32,000 nt of DNA from Pyrodictium delaneyi (GTDB taxonomy: Archaea; Thermoproteota; Thermoprotei_A; Sulfolobales; Pyrodictiaceae). Under the pieces are notes generated by a model. It saw only the letters and a program-made list of their open reading frames with translations. It was not told where the DNA came from and ran no database searches. The stretch spans positions 210,001-242,000 of the forward strand of contig NZ_CP013011.1 of the NCBI RefSeq assembly GCF_001412615.1, read 5' to 3'. The number at the start of each line of letters is the position of its first letter. The first letter of the stretch is position 1. Shown in pieces: positions 15,831-24,503 of this stretch. The translations under genes were made by a program, and so were the position numbers.

Positions 15831-16880
15831 ATGGCGCGAGGCAGCGGTATAGCTGGGTGGGGTGCCTACATACCCCGCTACCGGGTAAAGGCCAGCGAGA
15901 TAGCGAGGGTCTGGGGCTGGGAGCCAAGCGTCCCCAGGGGCCTCGGAGTCGAGGAGAAGGCCGTCGCGGGCCCTGACGAGGACTCGGTCACGATAGGGGT
16001 CGAGGCGGCCCGCAACGCTATCCGCCGCGCCAGCGTAGACCCCACGAGGATCAAGGCAGTCTTCTTCGGCACAGAGTCTAAGCCCTACGCGGTCAAGCCC
16101 TCCGCGACGATAGTAGCCGAGGCTCTGGGCATAACACCGGAGACCATGGCCTCCGACTTGGAGTTCGCCTGCCGCGCGGCGAGCGAGGGCATGAGGGCGG
16201 GCTTCGCCCTCATAGAAGCCGGGTACATGGAGTACGCGCTGGCCATTGGCGCCGATACGGCGCAGGCTAACCCCGGCGACGTCCTGGAGTTCACTGCTGC
16301 GAGTGGCGGCGCAGCCTTCGTCCTAGGCCCTGCGGGCGACAGCGTCGCGGTCCTCGAGGGCGTATACACCTACGCTACCGACACGCCAGACTTCTGGCGG
16401 GGCGCTCACAGCCCCTACCCGCTCCACGGCGAAGGCTTCACCGGCGAGCCGGCCTACTTCCACCACATAGAGAGCGCGGTCAAGGGGCTCATGGAGTCCC
16501 TGGGGCTCCGTCCAGACGACTTCGACTACGCGGTCTTCCACCAGCCTAACGGCAAGTTCCCGCTCCGCGTGGGCAAAAAACTAGGCTTCCCCAAGGAGAA
16601 GATCCTCCCCGGCCTAGTCACCCCAATGATAGGCAACACGTACAACGGGAGCGCGCTCCTCGGCCTAGCCCGGGTCCTCGACCAGGCTAAGCCCGGGCAG
16701 CGGATCCTAGTAGCCCCATTCGGCAGCGGCGCGGGGAGCGACGCCTACAGCTTCATAGTGACCGATAAGATAGAGGAGCGCAGAGACCGGGCCCCAAAGG
16801 TTGACGACTACATCGAGGCCAAGCGCTACATCGACTACGCAGCCTACGCGAAGATGAGGAGCCTCTACGTACGCATCTAG
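15831..16880 (+). CDS. Hydroxymethylglutaryl-CoA synthase (archaeal type)
   Basis: [15 protein letters not shown]-terminus, active-site Cys context [13 protein letters not shown], and HQPNGKFP / GNTYNGS motifs typical of archaeal HMGCS. ATG 15831 lies 5 nt after GGAGGA (15820-15825). The ORF track TTG at 15765 is probably an over-extension. Confidence 0.92.
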   Translation: MARGSGIAGWGAYIPRYRVKASEIARVWGWEPSVPRGLGVEEKAVAGPDEDSVTIGVEAARNAIRRASVDPTRIKAVFFGTESKPYAVKPSATIVAEALGITPETMASDLEFACRAASEGMRAGFALIEAGYMEYALAIGADTAQANPGDVLEFTAASGGAAFVLGPAGDSVAVLEGVYTYATDTPDFWRGAHSPYPLHGEGFTGEPAYFHHIESAVKGLMESLGLRPDDFDYAVFHQPNGKFPLRVGKKLGFPKEKILPGLVTPMIGNTYNGSALLGLARVLDQAKPGQRILVAPFGSGAGSDAYSFIVTDKIEERRDRAPKVDDYIEAKRYIDYAAYAKMRSLYVRI

Positions 16881-16901
16881 CCCCAATGGGAGGTGGACCC
16901 C

Positions 16902-18056
16902 GTGACGCGCGTCTACATCGCGGGCGTAGGCATGGTCCCCATCGGCCGCCACTACGGCAAGAGCCTCCTAGACCTCGCCGCAGAGGCAGCGTTCAAGGCA
17001 CTCGACGAGGCCGGCCTGGAGCCAGACGTGGTCGTGGTCACGAACATGCTTGCTAGCAGGCTCCAGGAGCAGGACAACCTCGGCGCCTACATAGCCTCGG
17101 GCATCGGGCTCCGCGGCAAGCCGGCACTCCGCGTCGAGGCAGCCTGCGGCAGCGGTGGCGCAGGCGTCTACACGGCCTACAGCATGGTGCGCTCGGGGCT
17201 CGCCCGTAGCGTCCTCGTGGTAGGCGTCGAGAAGATGACAGATTACCCGACATCCACAGTCACCTCCGCGCTAGCACAGGCAGCCGACGCCGAGTACGAG
17301 CTGTTCTACGGCGCGAGCTTCACGGGCCTCAACGCGCTGATGATGCGCTACTACATGGAGCGGCACAATGTCGACAGAGACACTATGAGCGAGTGGCCGG
17401 TGATGATGCACGAGAACGCCCTCAGCAACCCCTACGCGCAGATACGCCGTCGCATAACACGCGAAGACGTAGCCCGGAGCCAGGTAGTCGCGGACCCGAT
17501 AAGGCTGCTCGACAGCAGCCCCATCGGCGACGGCGCGGCAGCAGTACTCCTCGTCTCCGAGGAGGCAGCAGCGGAGCTCCCCGAGAAGCCTAGCGTCTAC
17601 ATAGCCGGCGCCGGCATGGCCACGGACACGGTGGAGCTCTCGAACCGTGAGGCCCTAGACCGCATACCTGCGGCCAGGGCGGCGGCTGAGCAGGCCTACC
17701 GGATGGCAGGCGTAGGCCCAGGCGACATAGACGTGGCGGAGATACACGACGCCTTCACGATAAACGCGGTGCTCCTCATAGAGGAGCTGGGCTTCGCCCC
17801 CTACGGGGAGGCGGCCCGGCTGCTAGCAGAGGGCCGCTTCCACCCAGGCGACCGGCCAACGCTCAACCCCAGCGGCGGCCTGAAGGCCCGCGGCCACCCC
17901 GTAGGAACCACCGGCGTCTACCAGATAGCCGAGGTGACTATGCAGCTGCGCGGCGACTTCCCCGGCGTACGAGTCGACGGCGCCGAGACAGGATTGGCGG
18001 TCAACATGGGAGGCGACGGCTCCACACTCATCGCCCACGTACTCCGCCGCGTGTAA
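16902..18056 (+). CDS. Acetyl-CoA acetyltransferase (archaeal thiolase)
   Basis: VYIAGVGMVPIG N-terminus, catalytic Cys in VEAACGSGG, C-terminal NPSGGLKARGHPVGTTG and NMGGDGS. The ORF track GTG 16893 lies inside the SD-like GGGAGGTG (16888-16895). In-frame GTG 16902 is 6 nt downstream of that motif and is preferred. Confidence 0.92.
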   Translation: MTRVYIAGVGMVPIGRHYGKSLLDLAAEAAFKALDEAGLEPDVVVVTNMLASRLQEQDNLGAYIASGIGLRGKPALRVEAACGSGGAGVYTAYSMVRSGLARSVLVVGVEKMTDYPTSTVTSALAQAADAEYELFYGASFTGLNALMMRYYMERHNVDRDTMSEWPVMMHENALSNPYAQIRRRITREDVARSQVVADPIRLLDSSPIGDGAAAVLLVSEEAAAELPEKPSVYIAGAGMATDTVELSNREALDRIPAARAAAEQAYRMAGVGPGDIDVAEIHDAFTINAVLLIEELGFAPYGEAARLLAEGRFHPGDRPTLNPSGGLKARGHPVGTTGVYQIAEVTMQLRGDFPGVRVDGAETGLAVNMGGDGSTLIAHVLRRV

Positions 18057-18080
18057 AAGCCGTAGGGAGGTGTCCCCAGA

Positions 18081-18521
18081 ATGACCCTTCGCATGTCCCC
18101 GGTGCGTGTCTGGAGAGAGCGTATCCCCCGCTACCGGCTAGTAGGCAGAGAGTGCAAGAAGTGCGGGCGCCGCCACTACCCGCCGCGCCCCGCTTGCCCC
18201 CACTGCGGCTCCAGGGAGCTCGTAGACGTCGAGCTCCCCCAGACGGGCACAGTGGAGACCTACACAGTGATATACACCGTGATGGACGGGTTCCGCGACA
18301 GGGCACCCCTCGTGATAGCCCTAGTAAAGCTCGACGACGGTACGAGAGTACTAGCACCGATAACAGACGCTGAGCCAGGCGAGGTCAAGACCGGGATGAG
18401 GGTGGAAGCAGTACTACGCCGCATAAGGCGCGACGGCGAGCACGGCGTGATAGCTTACGGTGTAGCGTTCCGTCCAGCCCTATTTAGCGGGAGGAAAGCC
18501 GACAGCCAGCAACAAGCCTGA
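18081..18521 (+). CDS. DUF35 zinc-ribbon/OB-fold protein (scaffold partner of the archaeal thiolase/HMG-CoA synthase complex)
   Basis: Four-Cys zinc ribbon [20 protein letters not shown], followed by an OB-like segment ([10 protein letters not shown]...[13 protein letters not shown]). ATG lies 8 nt after GGGAGGTG (18065-18072). It sits directly after the thiolase gene. Confidence 0.9.
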   Translation: MTLRMSPVRVWRERIPRYRLVGRECKKCGRRHYPPRPACPHCGSRELVDVELPQTGTVETYTVIYTVMDGFRDRAPLVIALVKLDDGTRVLAPITDAEPGEVKTGMRVEAVLRRIRRDGEHGVIAYGVAFRPALFSGRKADSQQQA

Positions 18522-18583
18522 GGGTTTTCCACCCGGGCCCTAGGGGCCCGCGGCTCCTCTTACGCAGAGGGCTATCCCGGAGG

Positions 18584-19903
18584 ATGCATCTAATAGGCCC
18601 TGGTAGCTGCGTGGCTTCTCTGAGGGGCTGCTTCTTGGCTGGTGACGCCGAGTCCTGGAATGAGAAGCTCGAGGAGGTAGTCCAGGGGATAGTCGAGGGC
18701 AGGATAAAGCTACATGAGGCAGACAAGATCCTGGGCAATGCTAACGCTGCTGCTCTCGCGCGCCGGCTCGCGCTCGAGCGCATGCTCGGCGTAGGCCTCT
18801 CGAGCATCGGCAGTACTATACTTGACTTCGAGGAGCTCGTGGGTAGGAACATCGAGAACCCTATCGGCGCAGTCCAGGTGCCTGTGGGCGTTGTGGGGCC
18901 GCTCCGCGTCCACGGCGAGTACGCCCGCGGAGACTTCTACGTTCCCCTAGCCACTACCGAGGGCGCTCTCGTGGCCAGCATTAATCGGGGCGCGAAGGCT
19001 GTCACGCTGAGCGGCGGGGCACGGGCCCGCGTAGTCTACGACGGTATGGCGCGTGCCCCCGCCTTCTGGACCCCAAGCGTAGACGAGGCTGTGCGCTTCA
19101 TCCAGTGGGTGCGGGAGAGAATAGAGGATATCCGCAGAGAGGCGGAGTCCACGACCCGGCACGGCAGGCTCGTGGAGATACAGCCATTCCTCGCGGGTAA
19201 CATCGTCTGGCTCCGCTTCGTCTACAGCACGGGCGACGCTATGGGCATGAACATGGCTACTATAGCTACTGACCGGGCTGCGGAGTGGATCCTCAACAAC
19301 TACCCGGGCACCGTGAGGCTCGTCGCTATCAGCGGCAATATGTGTACCGACAAGAAGCCGGCCATGATCAACATGCTGCTAGGCCGCGGCAAAACCGTCA
19401 TCGCGGAGGCGGTGATAAAGAGAGATGTAGCGCTAAAGGTGCTCAAGGCGCCGCCAGAGGAGATAGACGCTGTGAACCGTGTCAAGAACCTCCTAGGCAG
19501 CGCCCGCGCCGGAAGCCTAAGCTACAACGCACACTTCGCCAACATCATCGCCGCGATATTCATCGCGACGGGGCAGGACGTCGCCCAGGTTGTGGAGAGC
19601 AGTATGGGCTACACCTGGACAGAGGTGCGGGACGGAGACCTCTACATCTCCGTGACCCTGCCAAGCCTAGAAGTGGGCACCGTGGGAGGCGGGACTAGGC
19701 TCCCCACCCAGCGCGAGGCCCTCGCGATGCTGGGCGTTGCCGGCGGCGGAGACCCGCCTGGCACAAACGCGAGAAAGCTAGCAGAGATAATTGCGGCTAC
19801 AGTGCTCGCGGGAGAGCTTAACCTCCTAGCAGCCCTAGCCGCCAACGAGCTCGCCCGCGCCCACAGGCTCCTAGGCCGCGGCGAAGCCCGTAACAAAGGC
19901 TAG
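18584..19903 (+). CDS. hmgA: HMG-CoA reductase, class I
   Basis: [39 protein letters not shown] and EVGTVGGGT motifs. The start is uncertain: ATG 18584 abuts GGAGG with no spacer. In-frame GTG 18611 or TTG 18635 (8 nt after GAGGGG) are alternatives. Confidence 0.92.
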   Translation: MHLIGPGSCVASLRGCFLAGDAESWNEKLEEVVQGIVEGRIKLHEADKILGNANAAALARRLALERMLGVGLSSIGSTILDFEELVGRNIENPIGAVQVPVGVVGPLRVHGEYARGDFYVPLATTEGALVASINRGAKAVTLSGGARARVVYDGMARAPAFWTPSVDEAVRFIQWVRERIEDIRREAESTTRHGRLVEIQPFLAGNIVWLRFVYSTGDAMGMNMATIATDRAAEWILNNYPGTVRLVAISGNMCTDKKPAMINMLLGRGKTVIAEAVIKRDVALKVLKAPPEEIDAVNRVKNLLGSARAGSLSYNAHFANIIAAIFIATGQDVAQVVESSMGYTWTEVRDGDLYISVTLPSLEVGTVGGGTRLPTQREALAMLGVAGGGDPPGTNARKLAEIIAATVLAGELNLLAALAANELARAHRLLGRGEARNKG

Positions 19904-20709
19904 CCGCGGCGCCGCTCTATGTACTCGGCTAGCTCGCGGGGATCGAGCCGGTAGCGCCACGCAGGCCGGGCAACCGGCATGATGTAGAGAGGTTTTTCCT
20001 CCTCAGGAGCCCCTATAATCTCCCGTACAGCTTCGTCGTGAAATGCGCCTATAGCAACAGTAGCGAGGCCTAGCGCAACCGCCTGGAGGTACACGTTCTG
20101 CCCGGCATGCCCAACCTCTATGTGGACGTAGCGTACACCTCTAGCCCCATAACGCCTTGTAGTGCGCTCATAAACAGCGGTGAAGACAAGGTTCACAGGA
20201 GCCTCCCGGACCCACTCCTGCTCCAGCGCTGCGTGGTACAGCTCTTCTACAAGGTCTCCCCTCCGTACCTGGACGAGTGTATGGCTATGAGGCAGGTACC
20301 TATAGGACCCTGGCTCGAGGAACATGTCCCCCGCCAGGACGCCCTGGGGCGCAATTACCGCGTAGACCTCTAATGGATATGTGGCACCAGCACTAGGCGC
20401 TGTCCGGAATCCATGCCGTGTCTCCGATATCCCTTGGGCGGCCCAGAGCAGCTGTGCTAACTCCTCGATAGTGAGCGGTTCGTCGGTGTACTCGCGTATA
20501 GACCTCCTATTAGCCAGTGTCTCTTCGAGGCTCACTACGCCACTGAGCCGGGGCATAGGGAGGTGGATTATCTGTCCCTCGATCTGAGGAGGCGGGGCCT
20601 CATAGCGTGTTCTTAGCCTTCGGTAGCTCAGTGGGAGCCCCAGGAGGAGCCCGAGAGAGGCCAATACTGCAGCGACTATGGCCTGGAGGAAACGTCGCCG
20701 AGACAACAA
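19900..20709 (-). CDS. Nitroreductase-fold (SagB-type dehydrogenase-like) flavoprotein with a twin-arginine signal/anchor
   Basis: [26 protein letters not shown] and a C-terminal [24 protein letters not shown] are typical of the nitroreductase superfamily. The N-terminus [25 protein letters not shown] is Tat-like. The ORF track starts at 20826. Tandem TTG codons at 20709 and 20706, immediately before SRRRF, are the more plausible start. Confidence 0.8.
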   Translation of the reverse strand: MLSRRRFLQAIVAAVLASLGLLLGLPLSYRRLRTRYEAPPPQIEGQIIHLPMPRLSGVVSLEETLANRRSIREYTDEPLTIEELAQLLWAAQGISETRHGFRTAPSAGATYPLEVYAVIAPQGVLAGDMFLEPGSYRYLPHSHTLVQVRRGDLVEELYHAALEQEWVREAPVNLVFTAVYERTTRRYGARGVRYVHIEVGHAGQNVYLQAVALGLATVAIGAFHDEAVREIIGAPEEEKPLYIMPVARPAWRYRLDPRELAEYIERRRG

Positions 20710-20858
20710 GGCTGGCTCGCCTCCACATGTAGTAGAGCACCCCTTGGGGGAGGTATCAATTCCCCCAGGCTCGCATAGAAGCCGGTCCGGGAGGGCTCGA
20801 ATAGGCCATGCCGCGCGCAGGATCAAACGTTCTACGAATTACGAGCCTCGTATCTTCC

Positions 20859-21179
20859 ATGTCGGGCATACTTTTGCTGAGCCTCTCCTACCTCTCAGCA
20901 ATCACTGGACTTTGCCTCCGTAGCCCATCACTAGCCCAGGTACCTCCCCTAAGCCTCCTAGGAGGTTACGGGCTCTGCAGCTACCTCCACGTGGAGCTCC
21001 TCCCTCTAGCCCTCGTGTCAGTCGGCGTGCTACACGCTATAGCCTCAGTGGAGCTACTAACGGCGAGGTTCGCGAGTGCTCCAAGGGGCTACCGGCTGCT
21101 AGTAGAGCTATTCCGTCTAACAACATGGCTCCTAGCAGGACATCTGCTAGCCCTAACAGTCGTAGCGTACACTCTGTAA
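20859..21179 (+). CDS. Small hypothetical membrane protein
   Basis: ATG 20859 lies within ORF track 20808..21179. The ~106-aa product has three hydrophobic segments (GILLLSLSYLSAITGL, LLPLALVSVGVLHAIA, TTWLLAGHLLALTVVAY). There is no family motif. It competes with the antisense ORF 21037..21267. Confidence 0.45.
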   Translation: MSGILLLSLSYLSAITGLCLRSPSLAQVPPLSLLGGYGLCSYLHVELLPLALVSVGVLHAIASVELLTARFASAPRGYRLLVELFRLTTWLLAGHLLALTVVAYTL

Positions 21180-21558
21180 CACCGAAGTTGCCACACTCAC
21201 TGGCGGGCGCCAGTAAAACCTTAGTTGGAACCCTCCCCTTGTCTGCCTCCTCTATGAGCCGGAGCATGGCCTGCGAGAAGCTCTTTCTGCTCTCCTTGTA
21301 CGCTCCAGAGCCTCACGAGCCCCGGCATCGTTTATGGCAGCGCCATGGTGTATTCCGCTATAGGTGGGCAGTATGGCCCAGCTATAGGTTTAAGCCATAG
21401 ACTATGGAGTAGGATGCGTGCCTCGGGGTCAGGCGGCTAATCCCCACGTCACCCCCGGAAGGGTCGTGGGCCTGGAACACATCATCCCCCGGAGGCTACT
21501 CCGGAGAGAAGGAATCCCTAGAGATCTATCTCACGGCTCTTGGGGAGGTGCTCACGTC

Positions 21559-21870
21559 ATGGAGATGGATAGGAGTGAGGCGGTGGCAGAGCTAGCGACA
21601 GAGGCATGGAGCTACGTTAGTGAGGCTTGCCGTAGCCCCCGGCTACGTAGTATATGCGAACGGTTGGAAGACGTGCTGGCAGCGGCTCTCGACGAGGCGA
21701 GGGAGATAGAGCTAGCGCCCTACATACCCCGGCCCCCGGTGGCCGTCGAAGCAGCTGCACGTGAGCTAGAGCAGGCAGCACGGGAAGCCGAGGAGATGGG
21801 GCTCCGTGAGGAAGCGTCGCTGTTCTGGGAGGCAGCTCGCCGGCTAGCGATGCTAGCCCGTATAGTCTAG
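21559..21870 (+). CDS. Small acidic helical hypothetical protein
   Basis: ATG 21559 (MEMDRSEAVAELATEAW...) lies 8 nt after GGAGGTG (21544-21550). The ORF track GTG at 21418 adds an R/P-rich, unconvincing N-terminus. Confidence 0.5.
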   Translation: MEMDRSEAVAELATEAWSYVSEACRSPRLRSICERLEDVLAAALDEAREIELAPYIPRPPVAVEAAARELEQAAREAEEMGLREEASLFWEAARRLAMLARIV

Positions 21871-21972
21871 AGACGGTGATTCTAGATTGATCCTCTCTAG
21901 ACCCAGATCGCATAATTAATAAATGTTACATGGATTGCCGAGAGTTTACTTCCCCATGATCCGAAGAACGAG

Positions 21973-22002
21973 ATAATATAATTACACCCTCCGAGGCCTC
22001 GG
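21973..22002 (+). promoter_or_regulatory. TATA-like element (ATAATATAATTA) followed by a perfect 12-bp palindrome CCGAGGCCTCGG, upstream of the methyltransferase gene
   Basis: The AT-rich box is at 21973-21984, ~50 nt upstream of ATG 22030. The palindrome at 21991-22002 falls where the transcription start would be expected (~25 nt after the box). Confidence 0.3.
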
Positions 22003-22029
22003 ACTAACGACTACCTATGGGACTAAGAG

Positions 22030-22881
22030 ATGGAGTATAACAAGACGTCGGAGGAACTTGAGAAGCTCTATAGTCTCGGGATATGGCCTGAGGACCCTTA
22101 CACTGACGTAGGTATGCAGCGCTTTCGGCAGGCATTGGGCCACATGGCCCGGCTGGTAGAGCACGAATATGTGCAGCGGCTGCTGCAGAGCCGGAAGAGT
22201 GTCAGGATACTAGATCTCTGTGCTGGCACTGGGGTTGGCGGGGTAGCGCTGGCTAAGACGCTCATGGACCAGGGCTATAGCGTCGAACTACACCTCGCCG
22301 ATCTCAGGAAGAGCGCTCTGGAGACCGGCAAGAGGTTCAGCCGAGACATACTAGGCGTAGAGGCCAGGGTACACGTGGTCGACGCTCGTGAGGCGTACCG
22401 GCTCCAAGGGGGCTTCGACATAGTCCTGGTCTACGGGTGGTCAGCGCCCCACTTCAGCCCCTGGGACATGGCGCGGGTCCTCGCCTCAGCGGCGGAGATA
22501 ACCAGCGACGACGGGGTGATAGCTCTCGAGGAGATTGATCGGAGGCTAACAGTGTTCCTATCCAAGGGCTACCGGTATGTGCTCCCGGCGGCAGTCGGAG
22601 AAGACCGAGTCGTCCTCGACGTGCACGCGGGCTACGACCCGGCTACCGGGATGATCAAGAGGGTCACCGTGGATCTTCTCAGCGGGAGAAGCGTGGCCAA
22701 CGGGTTCTACTACTGGAGCATAGCCGAGCTAGCTACACTTGTATGGCTCCTCTTCCGCGACGTAGACTTGCTCGAGCTCCAAGGCCTCAGAAGGGTCTTC
22801 ATACTCGGCCAGGGGCCCCGGAGAGCCCTAAGAGCCCAAGACCTAGCACAGCCGAGGCTCCTAGTTCGCCGGCCCTCCTAG
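22030..22881 (+). CDS. Class I SAM-dependent methyltransferase (substrate unknown)
   Basis: Motif I ILDLCAGTGVGG. Acidic residue at the end of beta-2 (LHLADL). VVDAREA. Post-I/II-type DIVLVYGWSAPHF. Confidence 0.85.
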   Translation: MEYNKTSEELEKLYSLGIWPEDPYTDVGMQRFRQALGHMARLVEHEYVQRLLQSRKSVRILDLCAGTGVGGVALAKTLMDQGYSVELHLADLRKSALETGKRFSRDILGVEARVHVVDAREAYRLQGGFDIVLVYGWSAPHFSPWDMARVLASAAEITSDDGVIALEEIDRRLTVFLSKGYRYVLPAAVGEDRVVLDVHAGYDPATGMIKRVTVDLLSGRSVANGFYYWSIAELATLVWLLFRDVDLLELQGLRRVFILGQGPRRALRAQDLAQPRLLVRRPS

Positions 22882-22900
22882 GCCCAAGGAGCAAGTATCG

Positions 22901-22975
22901 CTGCAGAAGAACCTGTTTCCGTTGGCTCTGCTGGATCCGTGTTGTCCACCCAGTTCTCCGTCGGGTCTTCTGCAG
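22901..22975 (+). promoter_or_regulatory. Long-range hairpin in the methyltransferase-MATE spacer
   Basis: CTGCAGAAGA (22901-22910) is the exact reverse complement of TCTTCTGCAG (22966-22975). After a 1-nt bulge (A22911) four more pairs are possible (22912-22915 with 22962-22965, one of them G-U). The apical region is ~46 nt. Confidence 0.35.
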
Positions 22976-23042
22976 GGCGGGTGTCGTAGCACTCCCTGGG
23001 AGAGGCTCTATAGACCCCTCTACCAGGCCTTCTCGGCCTCGC

Positions 23043-24413
23043 ATGGGCTGTAGAGGAGCGCCAGCTGACGGGTTGCCTGGTGGTAGAGTAGTGGGGCTCG
23101 CCGAGGTTCGGAGGATACTCCGCGAAGCATGGCCGTTGATGCTCGCTGAGGGCGTCTCTAGTATCGTCTCGCTGATAGACTTAGCCTTCGTCTCTCGGCT
23201 CGGCGTCACCGCGCTCGCTGGGGTGGGCGTGGGGAGCTACGCCGGCTGGTTCCTCAATGTCCCCCTAGCGGCCTTCTACATTGGTGTACTAGTACTCGCG
23301 AGCCAGGCGCTCGGTGCCGGACGAAGAGACTTGGCCGATAGGATAGTGGGCGAAAGCTTCTCCGCGGCGATGCTGGCGGCTCTGCCCCTGGCGGCAACCG
23401 GTATAGCGGCTGCCTACGAACTGGGCTTGTGGCTATCCAGTGGCGACGCTGGAGTCGCAGAGGCTGCTGCGGCTTATCTCCGGGCGCGGCTGCTAGGCCA
23501 TAGCTTCTTCGCTGCAATGCTTGTCCTTGATGCGGCCTACCGGGCGGCGGGAGCTAATCGCGGCATTCTCTACGGTGCAGCCGCCACGGCCATCGTGAAC
23601 ACGGTTCTAGACCCCATCCTGATATACCTCGCTGGGCTCGGCGTCAGCGGCGCAGGCCTTGCTACGGCTGCCAGCTATGCTGCTGGAACCCTCGTGCTCG
23701 CGGTTCGTGCCCGGGGTCAGGCAGGCTACGGCTCCATAGTCGGTGTCCCCAGAGGGCTAGCTGTCCGGGTCTTCCGGGTAGGCGCGCCCGCTATGGCGGA
23801 GAGGCTGCTGTTCGCCGGAGGTAACCTGGTCTATCTTGCAGCGGTGGCGCGCTGCGGCGAGGCGGCTCTAGCAGCACACACGATAGGCATACGGATAGAA
23901 TCGCTAGCATTCCTACCTGCCTTCGCCCTCTCGACCTATGCGAGCGGTGAGGTAGGCCGCCTAGTCGGTGCTGGGGCGCTCGAGGATGCCCAGAGAAGAG
24001 GCTGGAGCATAGCGGGTGCAAGTGCAGCATTCATGACGTTCATGGCCCTGGTTCTGGCCGGTGTCTCTGTCCCGGCCTCGCTACTCCTAGCACCTAGCGG
24101 GGATGTAGCAAAGCTCGTAGTAGCATACCTGCTGCTCGCTGCCGTCTCGGAGCCGGCTCTAGGCGCGGTCATGAGTATAGGGGGCGCGATAAGGGGTGCA
24201 GGGAATACTCTCGTCCCGACACTAGTTAACCTCATAGGCCTATACCTCGTACGCGTAGCTCCGGCCTACATTCTTGTCGGCCGTGTGGCATCTGGTATCA
24301 CATGTCCCCTCGTGGCCTGGCTGATAATGGACATCGATGTGGCTGTCCGCGCAGCGGCGTTCGCCATTATCTATCGCCGGTATTTTAGCCGTCTAGCCCG
24401 CCGTCTAGTCTAG
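23043..24413 (+). CDS. MATE-family efflux transporter
   Basis: RRILREAWPLMLAEGVSSIVSLIDLAFVSRLG is a typical MATE N-terminus, followed by ~12 TM helices. The ORF track start at 22743 overlaps the methyltransferase and adds a P/R-rich extension. In-frame ATG 23043 or GTG 23091 give the usual ~440-456 aa. Confidence 0.88.
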   Translation: MGCRGAPADGLPGGRVVGLAEVRRILREAWPLMLAEGVSSIVSLIDLAFVSRLGVTALAGVGVGSYAGWFLNVPLAAFYIGVLVLASQALGAGRRDLADRIVGESFSAAMLAALPLAATGIAAAYELGLWLSSGDAGVAEAAAAYLRARLLGHSFFAAMLVLDAAYRAAGANRGILYGAAATAIVNTVLDPILIYLAGLGVSGAGLATAASYAAGTLVLAVRARGQAGYGSIVGVPRGLAVRVFRVGAPAMAERLLFAGGNLVYLAAVARCGEAALAAHTIGIRIESLAFLPAFALSTYASGEVGRLVGAGALEDAQRRGWSIAGASAAFMTFMALVLAGVSVPASLLLAPSGDVAKLVVAYLLLAAVSEPALGAVMSIGGAIRGAGNTLVPTLVNLIGLYLVRVAPAYILVGRVASGITCPLVAWLIMDIDVAVRAAAFAIIYRRYFSRLARRLV

Positions 24414-24503
24414 GTCCTCACCAGGCTACGCGCCACAGTAATTTCCCGAGACGGTCGCGGGCTCTATACAAGGGCCCAGAGACGTCTGAGGTGTACTGGA
24501 GCC

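Noticed and set aside
21037-21267. 76-aa minus-strand ORF taken as an intact gene
   Set aside because: Its downstream two-thirds are antisense to the plus-strand membrane-protein ORF and look like mirror-image hydrophobic text. Only its first ~25 residues (MLRLIEEADKG...) look meaningful, and those are discussed as part of a possible antitoxin remnant.
22743-23042. 100-codon N-terminal extension of the MATE ORF overlapping the methyltransferase gene
   Set aside because: The extension is P/R/S-rich and overlaps the 3' end of a well-supported gene. The MATE family N-terminus begins near ATG 23043 or GTG 23091.
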